Assembly: GCA_977862235.1 (NCBI GenBank)
Contig: OZ374564.1
Coordinates: forward strand, 806,001-870,000
Reading direction: 5' to 3'
Source: Dudresnaya verticillata
Lineage: Eukaryota
Length of the DNA: 64,000 nt
Made by a program: the position numbers and the translations under genes. The notes below the pieces were generated by a model. It did no database searches, was not told the DNA's origin, and saw only the letters and a program-made list of their open reading frames with translations. This document shows, piece by piece, positions 1 through 10,113 of the stretch (its first letter is position 1; every line of letters starts with the position of its first letter).

Positions 1-1368
1 GCATACGATACAGTACCCCGCGAGCGGTTGATGTCGAAAGTGAATCAGAAGATGTCACCTACCACGGCGGCAATGGTCGCTCTGGAGTTACAACCAGCAA
101 CAGTAGTTACCAAGGGCGATATCACCGGCACCACTGCAATTGTGTCGCGGGGTGTGCCTCAAGGCGTGTCTTCGAGTCCGACTTTGTACAATGTCAACAT
201 GGACTCGTATCCTGAGTTCATGGATTTGTCAATGTCGGCCTCCGAAAGTGCTGAAGAAATCGACATTACGATCTTTGCTGACGACGTCAAGCTCCGATCC
301 AAGACTAGTACCGGCCTCCAAACGGCCTTAGATGCGTCCACGAAATGGGCTGATCTTGAAGGTATGCAGTGGGGAACTTCAAAATGCCATGTTTTGGAGC
401 CCGAAAACTGCACCAAACGAGCAATGTACTACCTGAATGGTCAGAAAATTGACGTGGTAGACACTGCAAAGTACCTGGGAGTGACTCTGAAAGGTACCAA
501 ACTGGCACCTGACAAGAATTTGGAACGAGTTAAGGCGGCTCATCAACGCCTAAACTTACTCAAGGCGGTCGGCGTACACCGCAAATATGTGCCTAGCGCA
601 CGACTTGTGGACATCTGCCGCACGTATATCTACCCAGTTGCGGACTTTAGCACCCATTTGATGCCGATCGACACGGCCGGCAAGTGCGATTTGAGTCATC
701 AACTCGAGTTGCTGGACTACAAAGTGGCAGAATTTGCACTTGGGTGCATTGCCAAAGAGCCTATGTGGCCTCGCAGTGGCCGCATCCGCGGGCGCCTACC
801 ACGTCATTTGAAGATGGCCAAGCTGCCGGACTGGTTGCAGCGTATCCGTCTGCGCCTTCGCAGTCTTGGTAAACGCCTCACAAAACGAGCTCACCGCAAC
901 CGTGGCGACGTGCTCGCCATGACAGATATGTTAGAATTCCGAAGTTTCCGGGCGCAGAATAAGAGTCCTCTGGACATGAGGAACCAGGATCTCCGTGATT
1001 CGTGGGAGGGCCTGTGTCGCCAACGTCGGCGGCGTATTCCAGTTCCCGACTCTGGATTCGTTCCGATTCTACACATTAGGGATCGTAAGCTGCGAGATGC
1101 CGGGATTCGATGGTATTGTGGGTCATTTCCCGGAAAACCGGATGTCCTCAAGACTCGACTTGGTCCCGAGGTCTACAGGTTGCACAAAGCCCGAATTGAG
1201 TCTGGATTGAGTGTGAAGCGTTGGAATGCGGGCGTGCAAGCCCGACTCCTAGATAGTCTGAAGGCATTTCTGGATGTCTTAGATGACCAAAACTGTGTTG
1301 GTCAGAAGCGCAAACGCGAGGATTTGAGTCCCGTGCACAGAACGACCAAGAAGCGCAAACCAAGTTAG
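1..1368 (+). CDS. LINE ORF2 C-terminal part (reverse transcriptase), 5'-partial
   Basis: RT motifs RGVPQGVSSSP, FADD, KYLGV; same sequence as the C-terminus of 19862-22924. Confidence 0.93.
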   Translation, partial: AYDTVPRERLMSKVNQKMSPTTAAMVALELQPATVVTKGDITGTTAIVSRGVPQGVSSSPTLYNVNMDSYPEFMDLSMSASESAEEIDITIFADDVKLRSKTSTGLQTALDASTKWADLEGMQWGTSKCHVLEPENCTKRAMYYLNGQKIDVVDTAKYLGVTLKGTKLAPDKNLERVKAAHQRLNLLKAVGVHRKYVPSARLVDICRTYIYPVADFSTHLMPIDTAGKCDLSHQLELLDYKVAEFALGCIAKEPMWPRSGRIRGRLPRHLKMAKLPDWLQRIRLRLRSLGKRLTKRAHRNRGDVLAMTDMLEFRSFRAQNKSPLDMRNQDLRDSWEGLCRQRRRRIPVPDSGFVPILHIRDRKLRDAGIRWYCGSFPGKPDVLKTRLGPEVYRLHKARIESGLSVKRWNAGVQARLLDSLKAFLDVLDDQNCVGQKRKREDLSPVHRTTKKRKPS

Positions 1369-1504
1369 CAAATCATCGCATTGGAAGCATGTAGTACCGA
1401 ATATGTTTTAGAGTTTGCATGAAGGTTGAAGACGTACTCCCTTGCCACATAGTGTAGCGTAGCTACAACTTAGGACACTGAGGCGTCTCTAAATAAATCA
1501 CACA
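1..1504 (+). mobile_element. Non-LTR retrotransposon (LINE), 3' part, cut by window start
   Basis: Identical to 21557-23060. ORF2 stops at 1368, then AATAAA at 1492-1497 and a short CACACA tail ending at 1504. The 3' end is inferred. Confidence 0.85.
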
Positions 1505-1813
1505 TTTCGACAGAGGCGATGCAGATCTGAAACAAAACTCTGCTAGGGCTGTCGGATCTATTCCTTCTCGAGGAAAAGGAGCAAGCGACGAAGAGAACTG
1601 TATCACGCCCCAGCCATGCCCTGCACACAATCTCAGACGTACACCTGAAAGTAGTTCGGGTTTTAGTAGTGGCACACCAGAACCCGACCCTGATGCTACC
1701 CCGGCGTTGGCCGCGAGTACTAACACAAAGGGTGACGTGGAACGAACGCCAGATGCTGATGGCTCGGAAATAGAGCACGGTGACGAGCAATCAGATGCTG
1801 CGACGTTGAATCT

Positions 1814-2887
1814 TGTTGAGGACATGGTCGCTGGCGCCTCACGTCACGGGTCAGGTACCCCAGATGGTACCCTGGCACGCTGTCACCAAACCTTCCGGAG
1901 ACGACAGCCCTTTTTCCGGGCTTCCAAAATCACGGCGCATTTAGGCCTTTTGCAAAAGCAACGTGAAACGGGCTTCTGATTGGTTGTTACAAACCGCCTC
2001 CATGGTCTATATGGCTTACAAGTGTTGTGCTGGAATTGGCGGTTATAACAGGAACGGCCAAGTGGAACGATCTGATTGGACCACATGGATGCACGTGGTA
2101 TGGCATGGAATGGTATTGGTATGACGCGCACTGTACTCCACAAGTACACATGAACGTGCCATGCAATGTGCTGATGGCGTCCGAGTTGGTACTGCAGGGA
2201 CTTGCGCTACGTGGAGCCTGACTTGTGATATCAGGAGATGCAGTTGTCGTGCGGCCGACACGTTGGTTTACAGTTTGCACGTAGCTGTCGTGCGGCCGAC
2301 ACGTTGGTTTACAGTTTGCACGTAGCTGTCGTGCGGCCGACACGTTGGTTTACAGTTGCCACGTAGGTGTCGTGCGGCCGACACGTTGGTTTACAGCTGC
2401 CACGTAGGCAAATCTGGGTGATTACGTGGTCAATGATCCAAGTTGGATATTCATGGACGGACTTGAGCTGGTAAGTGCGGCCACGTGGTGTGCAGTGTTG
2501 TCCGACAGCAGCCATGCGGGGACACTCGATACTTTCACGTTCCCGCCCAAAGTTGGAGTACATATGGATGGCAGGAAATGCGGTCGCAAGAGGGATTGCT
2601 GATGTCAGCAGTTAGCAACACTGGTGTGCAAGTTCCCGCCCATTTTGGTGGCGGATGTGAGTGTGCTGAGAGTATGATTTGGTAGATTTAATTGCTTTAC
2701 TTTTTCCCGCCCATTTGATAATAGGGATTTTGGGCGTTTCTTTAATGATTTGTTTTGTTTGTGTTCAAGCAGCAACTCATCCGAAAAGCTGATATAAGCC
2801 TTGTCGGATGGTCGGCTGCAGTAAACGAAGTCAAGCGACTTCCATTTCTCATCTTGTTCACCTTCAACCTCTCCATATTCCTCTTCA
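1814..2887 (+). repeat. Copia 5' LTR, 1074 bp (unit 1)
   Basis: Starts TGTTGAGG, ends CTCTTCA directly before the PBS; matches 8141-9173 apart from one extra 41-bp repeat and SNPs. Confidence 0.95.
2243..2406 (+). repeat. 41-bp tandem repeat x4 inside the 5' LTR (x3 in the 3' and inverted LTRs)
   Basis: G(T/C/G)TGTCGTGCGGCCGACACGTTGGTTTACAG...CACGTA at 2243, 2284, 2325, 2366; three copies at 8570-8692. Confidence 0.95.
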
Positions 2888-2901
2888 GGTTATGGGCCCA
2901 G
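2888..2901 (+). promoter_or_regulatory. Primer-binding site GGTTATGGGCCCAG (complementary to the initiator tRNA-Met anticodon arm)
   Basis: Abuts the LTR CA end; same PBS type as Drosophila copia (half-tRNA priming). Confidence 0.9.
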
Positions 2902-3823
2902 AAGGTCGACCTACGCAGACTTCATCGCTTCGCTGCAACCTTCTTCCTTTTTCTTTTCATTCTGGATACTGTCCTGTCCCGTCCTGGCCTGTCCTGTCTG
3001 CTTGTGTCCTGTCTTGTCGGCTTGTGTCCTGTCCTGTCTGCTTGTTGTCTGTTGAAAGTGGTCCCTATCCCACTGTGTCGGCTTGTGTCTCTGATTTTGT
3101 GAGAGAGTTCTCGAGGCTCTGGTCCGCTGTTGTCTTGGTCCGTGAGCTTGCTGAGAGGTTGAGTGTTGTGCGTGGTGACTCTCGTTAAGTCAGGACCTCG
3201 TTGGCCTAGGGGAGCAGCCTCCAGTAAGATCCAGAACCTTGACACGGTTGGGCCTAGTTCCATTCCTGCAAGAGACTGGACCTGTTCGTGTGGTGAACAC
3301 TCGTTTTGAGTTAGTACCCATAAGGTGGACGTCTCGTAAGGATTGCATACTTCGTGTCTGTGTGCGCACGACACGAAAGGGCTGCTGAAAGACGCATTTC
3401 ACCCGGAGAATCATATCCGGGGGCCAGGAGTCCGACTCCTAGGGGTGACTAGGTAGAACCTGGTGCCAGAACATCCCGCGTCAAAAAGACGTTCAACTAT
3501 CAAGAATCAACTTTTCAACTTCAAGTTTCAACTTTTCTTCTTCAGTCCAGGTGATCCCATCATCACCTGAGAGTTTCATTACTCCAAGCGTGGGAGCTAC
3601 TTGGCAAAGTGTGCTCCGCTTGTGACTGTATTATATTACCGACGTGTTCGACACATTTCTCAGTTTCGTCGTCACGTCTTCGTTGTGTGAGCTGCACTGC
3701 TCTGCTTAGCACGACTATTACCCTCTGGGCATCGACACTGTAGCACTAACAGCACTGCCCCAAGTTCACCAAGTTTTCTAAAACTATTCAAGTTATCTCT
3801 TCTCACCATCAGTCCCAACAGCT

Positions 3824-6800
3824 ATGACTGATACCGAAGCCGAGATGGATACTTCGAGCGGGGTCAAGATACCCCGTTTCCACGGCAGGAGAGGTGACGA
3901 CTACGGTCTCTGGCGTCATCGCCTTCGTGCCGCATGCCGCATCAAAGGGGTTTGGAATGTTGTCCACACCTCAAACGACACACCGAGCAGCTCACAGTCA
4001 ACTGGAGAGGCCTCAGCGGATACTTCCATTCTTCACGCCAGAACCTTGGCCAAACGTGAGAAGGCTTGCGGGATCATTATCTCCGCACTTGGTGATGCTC
4101 CGCTTCGTGTCGTTATGGAGGTTGATGATGACCCCAAACGCATGCTGGAGCTATTGGACTCGCGCTATGCGTCCAGTCGAACCGTATCCCGTATCGCCGT
4201 ACAGACCAAGCTATTCCGTATGACGTACACCGGTCAGAATATGTCCAACTATGTCGACCAGTACACGTCACTGTTCGCCCAACTCGACCTCATGGGCAAC
4301 GACTCGGCGATACCGGAGACACATAAGGCACCTATGCTGCTTGCTTCCATTGATCCGTCCTGCCACCTGGAGTCAACAGCTGCAGCTCTTCGCACCAAAG
4401 ATGCTGCTGAGCTGACTTGGGACTACGTCGCAACCACGCTGATCGATGAGTACAACGCCAAAGATTCTCATGGATCAAACGCAGGTGGGAGATCCAGTAA
4501 GTCGAAGAGTCGTCGGAAGAAGAAAAAGAAGTCCGCGTCGTCAGGTTCTCGCCAGCAACACAACCCGCTGGATGACAACGACGACTCCGATGACTCTTCT
4601 GATATTGAATCCACCGTCCGTGCGTTGGCGGTTGCACTCAAGTCCGCCAAGCAGGCTCACTCCACCCCGAACCGGCACCTTCACTGTGATGTTTGCGACA
4701 AGGATGGACACACCGCGGATCGATGCTATCTAAATCCGGAAAATCCTAACAACAAGCTTCCTCCAAAGGTGCGACAGATGTTCACCAACCAGGGCAAAAA
4801 GGGCAACGCCAACTCGGCGGTAGCTGCATCTGGTAAGAATAATGGTAAATCTGCAAAGGTAGAAATCGCCGGTGCATCGGTTGAGATGACTACTGTTGTT
4901 CCTCCGAACGACCAAGGAACGTATGCCGACAGTGGAGCAACTGTGCATTGCTTCCACTCAATGACTTCTTTTGTACCGAGCTCAGTATCGCGCTGCGAAA
5001 AGCGTACTGTAGTGCTTGCGGACAAGTCGTCTATCACCTCAGACCTATGTGGAGATGTGATTCTGCCGTTTGAGCATGCCAATATTCGGCTCAAGAAGGC
5101 CCTCTTCATCCCGCAGATGGGATACAATCTTGTCTCTACTGGGCGTTTGGCAGATAAAGGAATTGAATCACACTTTCGCCGCTTGGACGTGCGCTTGGTA
5201 CTCGACTCGGATGGGTACTATATTGGATCCGGTGTTCGCGATGCGAGTTCTGGAATGTACATGCTACCAGAACCCGAGCCGCACACTTCGGAGGAGCAAG
5301 TACTGGCTGTCCCCAGCACGGAGCAAACTACTGAGCTCTGGCATCGACGTCTTGCCCACATTAATTTTCGGGACTTGGCCAAAGTGCACGAGCATGTTGA
5401 GGGTGTTCCGGAGTTGGGCTCCACTCATGAAGTGTGTCGGGCTTGTAGACTTGGGAAAGCACACAAACAATCATTCCCAGGGCACTTCCGCCCGGCCAAA
5501 GCTGTCGGTGATCTCGTGCATTCCGACATTGTTGGTCCAATCCAGATCTCCTTTCCCGATCGTTTCCGGTATGCCACGACGTTTCTGGATGATAAATCCC
5601 GTTTCTTGGTCGTCGCATGTATGAGAAGTCGCCGTATGTTGAGTGCAGCATTAGATCAAGCTTCAGCAAAGTTTATCGAGCTTGGAGGAGCGGAAATAAC
5701 AAAACTCCACTCAGACGGGGCTCAGGAGTATTTGGCTTTGCAGAAGGATTTGGGAGGAGTTGGAGACAGTGGCAAATCCTTCTCCCCACCTTATACTCCG
5801 GAGCTCAATGGAATCGCGGAAAGGGTGAACCGAACCATGGTGGAAGCTGCCCTGACTTTGCTGATCCAGGCTGATCTACCGGGATGTTTGTGGCCGTTTG
5901 CACTGAAGCATGTCAACTACGTGCGCAATCGGGTACCACACTCAACCGTTGGGGCTACGCCATACTCGGTCATGACAGGTGATGTTCCTGATTTAAAACA
6001 TTTAAGAGTGTTTGGATGTGCTGCATATGTCCTAAGGCTCCCACGCGGATCCAAGTTCGAGTCTCGTGCACTTGAGGGGGTGCACTTGGAGACTCTAGAG
6101 CATGGGATCTACAGGATATTGGTCACTGGCGGTGACGGTATACCTCGTGTGGTTGAGTCGCGGCATGTCACATTCGACGAGTCCAAATTCCCGGGTGCTC
6201 CAAGCCTGTTGGAATATGGGCAGGACGAGGCAGATTCGGATGAAGATTACGAGTCTAACTCAGAGGCCTCTATTTTCAACTCGGACTCTGATGACGATGT
6301 ATCGCTGGGTAACTTTGAGGATGAAGAGGATGCGATTGAAGTTGACACACCTTCTTCAGCTCCACTACCTCCATCAGAACCCAGCTCATTCGAATCTGAT
6401 GACACGGCTGAGGAAGAAAACGTCTCTGACAATCCTCCGGCTGGTGTGAGTTCAGACCCAGAACGCCAGCAACAGAGTCGATATCCTCGTGGCCAACGTC
6501 GCCAGACGTCGAAATGGTTTATGGCAAGCTCTGCACAAGCTGAACAACAGGTTGCCCTCACAACGGGAGATGAGCCCACTCTTCGAGAGGCCATGTCTGC
6601 CACTCCGGAGGAGCGCGGGTTGTGGCAATCTGCCATTGATGATGAGTTCGCATCCTTGGAATCCAAAGGCACTTGGGTCCGTGATGACAGTCCCGATGCA
6701 CAGCCGCTTCCAACGCACGCCGTGCTGAAAGTTAAACGCAAGTCCGACGGGACGGTCGAGCGCTTCAAAGCGCGGGTCGTCGCTGGTGGAAACTTCCAGA

Positions 6801-8146
6801 CGTATGGTGAAGACTACATGGAAACATACGCCCCAGTTGTGTCGTTCTCGCTGGTGCGCATGTTCCTATACTTGGTACTGTGTTCGAACCTGTTTGTTGC
6901 ACAGCTAGACGTGAAGACGGCTTTCCTGAATGGTGATCTGGCAGAACACGTGTGGGTAATGTCACCGCGTGGGATTCCTGGAAGGGAATCTCTCTGTTAC
7001 AAACTTCTGAAAGCTATGTATGGGCTAAAACAGGCTCACCTAGCTTGGCACACCAAGCTGTGTGGTGACCTTGCTAGGATGATGTTTGAGGAATTGCCAA
7101 GTGCACCTTGCGTGTTTCGTCGCAAATCCAAGTCTTCTGGATACGCATACATCTTGGTGTACGTTGATGACTTGCTCATCCTCGCACCCACAAAGGCGGA
7201 GAGAGACGCCATTGTTAAGGAACTGCAGGGCCTCTACGATCTACGGCTGTCTGAAGGGGTTGACCTCTTCCTCGGAGTCGAGCTTGGATGGGAGCTAGAC
7301 TCTGATGGCAGATTTGTGTCTCTCAAGATGACTCAACAGGTCTACACGGAAAGTGTTCTTCGTCGATTTGGACTTCAGAACTCTAAGCCGGCTTGTACGC
7401 CAATGGTTGAGTCTTTCTTCACTGGACTTGCCGCCGAGGAGGACAAGGCTGTCGTGTCGGTTGAGACGTACCAGCAGATGATCGGGTCACTTCTATATTT
7501 GGGGCTTCGCACAAGGCTGGACATTTTGGCCTCTGCGCTTATTCTCGCACGGTTCCAGAAGGCTCCAACTGCGTACTGTCACCGCGGTGCAAAGAGGGTT
7601 CTGCGATATCTTCGAGGCACTCACAAGCATGGAGTTACGTACCAGTCCGGAAGCATTCGTATCCAAGCTTATGTGGACGCTGACTATGCCGGTGACACCA
7701 CAGACCGAAAATCTATGTCTGATTACATGGTGAAACTGGGAGATGCAGTGTGTATTTGGGGATCCAAGAAGCAGTCAACTGTTGCTCTCTCAACTTGCGA
7801 GTCGGAGTACTATGCAATGACTCTGGCTGCGAAAGAGACGGTTTGGGTCTCGCGAGTGCTGAAGGAGGCCGACTTGAACGTCGAAGGCCCCGTTCCATTG
7901 AGATCAGACAACCAGTCTGCCATCAATTGGGCTACTGGAGAACGCAGTCCATCTGGTCGTGCCAAGCATATCGACGTTCGTGTACACTTCATTCGCGAAC
8001 TTGTCGCCGACTCTGTTCTGGAAGTGGTGTATGTGCCGTCAGAAGACAACGACGCGGACTTGCTGACAAAGCCACTCGGCCCCACTTTGCTCAATAGGAT
8101 TCTACCAAGGGTTGGACTTGGAGGAGCCATCGAGGAGGAGTGTTGA
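3824..8146 (+). CDS. Copia gag-pol polyprotein, 1440 aa (unit 1)
   Basis: CCHC knuckle CDVCDKDGHTADRC, protease DSGAT, WHRRLAH/CRAC zinc motif, integrase HSD...SDG...NGIAER, RT DVKTAFL and YVDD, RNase H DADYA...ADLLTK. Confidence 0.97.
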   Translation: MTDTEAEMDTSSGVKIPRFHGRRGDDYGLWRHRLRAACRIKGVWNVVHTSNDTPSSSQSTGEASADTSILHARTLAKREKACGIIISALGDAPLRVVMEVDDDPKRMLELLDSRYASSRTVSRIAVQTKLFRMTYTGQNMSNYVDQYTSLFAQLDLMGNDSAIPETHKAPMLLASIDPSCHLESTAAALRTKDAAELTWDYVATTLIDEYNAKDSHGSNAGGRSSKSKSRRKKKKKSASSGSRQQHNPLDDNDDSDDSSDIESTVRALAVALKSAKQAHSTPNRHLHCDVCDKDGHTADRCYLNPENPNNKLPPKVRQMFTNQGKKGNANSAVAASGKNNGKSAKVEIAGASVEMTTVVPPNDQGTYADSGATVHCFHSMTSFVPSSVSRCEKRTVVLADKSSITSDLCGDVILPFEHANIRLKKALFIPQMGYNLVSTGRLADKGIESHFRRLDVRLVLDSDGYYIGSGVRDASSGMYMLPEPEPHTSEEQVLAVPSTEQTTELWHRRLAHINFRDLAKVHEHVEGVPELGSTHEVCRACRLGKAHKQSFPGHFRPAKAVGDLVHSDIVGPIQISFPDRFRYATTFLDDKSRFLVVACMRSRRMLSAALDQASAKFIELGGAEITKLHSDGAQEYLALQKDLGGVGDSGKSFSPPYTPELNGIAERVNRTMVEAALTLLIQADLPGCLWPFALKHVNYVRNRVPHSTVGATPYSVMTGDVPDLKHLRVFGCAAYVLRLPRGSKFESRALEGVHLETLEHGIYRILVTGGDGIPRVVESRHVTFDESKFPGAPSLLEYGQDEADSDEDYESNSEASIFNSDSDDDVSLGNFEDEEDAIEVDTPSSAPLPPSEPSSFESDDTAEEENVSDNPPAGVSSDPERQQQSRYPRGQRRQTSKWFMASSAQAEQQVALTTGDEPTLREAMSATPEERGLWQSAIDDEFASLESKGTWVRDDSPDAQPLPTHAVLKVKRKSDGTVERFKARVVAGGNFQTYGEDYMETYAPVVSFSLVRMFLYLVLCSNLFVAQLDVKTAFLNGDLAEHVWVMSPRGIPGRESLCYKLLKAMYGLKQAHLAWHTKLCGDLARMMFEELPSAPCVFRRKSKSSGYAYILVYVDDLLILAPTKAERDAIVKELQGLYDLRLSEGVDLFLGVELGWELDSDGRFVSLKMTQQVYTESVLRRFGLQNSKPACTPMVESFFTGLAAEEDKAVVSVETYQQMIGSLLYLGLRTRLDILASALILARFQKAPTAYCHRGAKRVLRYLRGTHKHGVTYQSGSIRIQAYVDADYAGDTTDRKSMSDYMVKLGDAVCIWGSKKQSTVALSTCESEYYAMTLAAKETVWVSRVLKEADLNVEGPVPLRSDNQSAINWATGERSPSGRAKHIDVRVHFIRELVADSVLEVVYVPSEDNDADLLTKPLGPTLLNRILPRVGLGGAIEEEC
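8132..8140 (+). promoter_or_regulatory. Polypurine tract GAGGAGGAG (also 29688-29696, 51243-51251)
   Basis: Purine run directly before the TG of the 3' LTR. Confidence 0.85.
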
Positions 8147-9173
8147 GGACATGGTCGCTGGCGCCTCACGTCACGGGTCAGGTACCCCAGATGGTACCCT
8201 GGCACGCTTTCACCAAACCTTCCGGAGACGACAGCCCTTTTTCCGGGCTTCCAAAATCACGGCGCATTTAGGCCTTTTGCAAAAGCAACGTGAAACGGGC
8301 TTCTGATTGGTTGTTACAAACCGCCTCCATGGTCTATATGGCTTACAAGTGTTGTGCTGGAATTGGCGGTTATAACAGGAACGGCCAAGTGGAACGATCT
8401 GATTGGACCACATGGATGCACGTGGTATGGCATGGAATGGTATTGGTATGACGCGCACTGTACTCCACAAGTACACATGAACGTGCCATGCAATGTGCTG
8501 ATGGCGTCCGAGTTGGTACTGCAGGGACTTGCGCTACGTGGAGCCTGACTTGTGATATCAGGAGATGCAGTTGTCGTGCGGCCGACACGTTGGTTTACAG
8601 TTGGCACGTAGCTGTCGTGCGGCCGACACGTTGGTTTACAGTTATCACGTAGCTGTCGTGCGGCCGACACGTTGGTTTACAGCTGCCACGTAGGCAAATC
8701 TGGGTGATTACGTGGTCAATGATCCAAGTTGGATATTCATGGACGGACTTGAGCTGGTAAGTGCGGCCACGTGGTGTGCAGTGTTGTCCGACAGCAGCCA
8801 TGCGGGGATACTCGATACTTTCACGTTCCCGCCCAAAGTTGGAGTACATATGGATGGCAGGAAATGCGGTCGCAAGAGGGATTGCTGATGTCAGCAGTTA
8901 GCAACACTGGTGTGCAAGTTCCCGCCCATTTTGGTGGCGGATGTGAGTGTGCTGAGAGCATGATTTGGTAGATTTAATTGCTTTACTTTTTCCCGCCCAT
9001 TTGATGATAGGGATTTTGGGCGTTTCTTTAATGATTTGTTTTGTTTGTGTTCACGCAGCAACTCATCCGAAAAGCTGATATAAGCCATGTCGGATGGTCG
9101 ACTGCAGTAAACGAAGTCAAGCGACTTCCATTTCTCATCTTGTTCAACTCCAACCTCTCCATATTCCTTTTCA
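8141..9173 (+). repeat. Copia 3' LTR, 1033 bp (unit 1)
   Basis: TGTTGAGG...CCTTTTCA, direct repeat of the 5' LTR. Confidence 0.95.
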
Positions 9174-10113
9174 TCATCGCTGTTGGGACTGATGGTGAGA
9201 AGAGATAACTTGAATAGTTTTAGAAAACCTGGTGAACTTGGGGCAGTGCTGTTAGTGCTACAGTGTCGATGCCCAGAGGGTAATAGTCGTGCTAAGCAGA
9301 GCAGTGCAGCTCACACAACGAAGACGTGACGACGAAACTGAGAAATGTGTCGAACACGTCGGTAATATAATACAGTCACAAGCGGAGCACACTTTGCCAA
9401 GTAGCTCCCACGCTTGGAGTAATCAAACTCTCAGGTGATGATGGGATCACCTGGACTGAAGAAGAAAAGTTGAAACTTGAAGTTGAAAAGTTGATTCTTG
9501 ATAGTTGAACGTCTTTTTGACGCGGGATGTTCTGGCACCAGGTTCTACCTAGTCACCCCTAGGAGTCGGACTCCTGGCCCCCGGATATGATTCTCCGGGT
9601 GAAATGCGTCTTTCAGCAGCCCTTTCGTGTCGTGCGCACACAGACACGAACTATGCAATCCTTACGAGACGTCCACCTTATGGGTACTAACTCAAAACGA
9701 GTGTTCACCACACGAACAGGTCCAGTCTCTTGCAGGAATGGAACTAGGCCCAACCGTGTCAAGGTTCTGGATCTTACTGGAGGCTGCTCCCCTAGGCCAA
9801 CGAGGTCCTGACTTAACGAGAGTCACCACGCACAACACTCAACCTCTCAGCAAGCTCACGGACCAAGACAACAGCGGACCAGAGCCTCGAGAACTCTCTC
9901 ACAAAATCAGAGACACAAGCCGACACAGTGGGATAGGGACCACTTTCAACAGACAACAAGCAGACAGGACAGGACACAAGCCGACAAGACAGGACACAAG
10001 CAGACAGGACAGGCCAGGACGGGACAGGACAGTATCCAGAATGAAAAGAAAAAGGAAGAAGGTTGCAGCGAAGCGATGAAGTCTGCGTAGGTCGACCTTC
10101 TGGGCCCATAACC
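9174..10113 (-). mobile_element. Extra Copia PBS+leader+ATGA segment, 940 bp, reverse orientation (unit 1)
   Basis: Reverse complement of 2888-3827; ends at the gag start codon (CCCAACAGCGATGA). Confidence 0.95.

Larger units (their letters stand above)
1814..9173 (+). mobile_element. Ty1/Copia LTR retrotransposon, full length (unit 1)
   Basis: TG...CA LTRs at 1814-2887 and 8141-9173, PBS, PPT, single gag-PR-IN-RT-RH ORF with integrase before RT. No TSD (AATCT left, TCATC right). Confidence 0.97.

Noticed and set aside
2243..2406. CRISPR-like array
   Set aside because: Contiguous 41-bp repeats with no unique spacers, inside an LTR, with no cas genes.
1883..3414. Short ORFs in the LTR and leader, and ORFs antisense to pol and ORF2
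   Set aside because: No motifs, and some are broken by SNPs between copies; they recur only because the DNA is repeated.
1814..3820. A 2-kb LTR or TIR ending at CCCAACA (3820)
   Set aside because: The PBS at 2888 and the 3' LTR end at 9173 fix the LTR at ~1.03-1.07 kb; the rest is leader.
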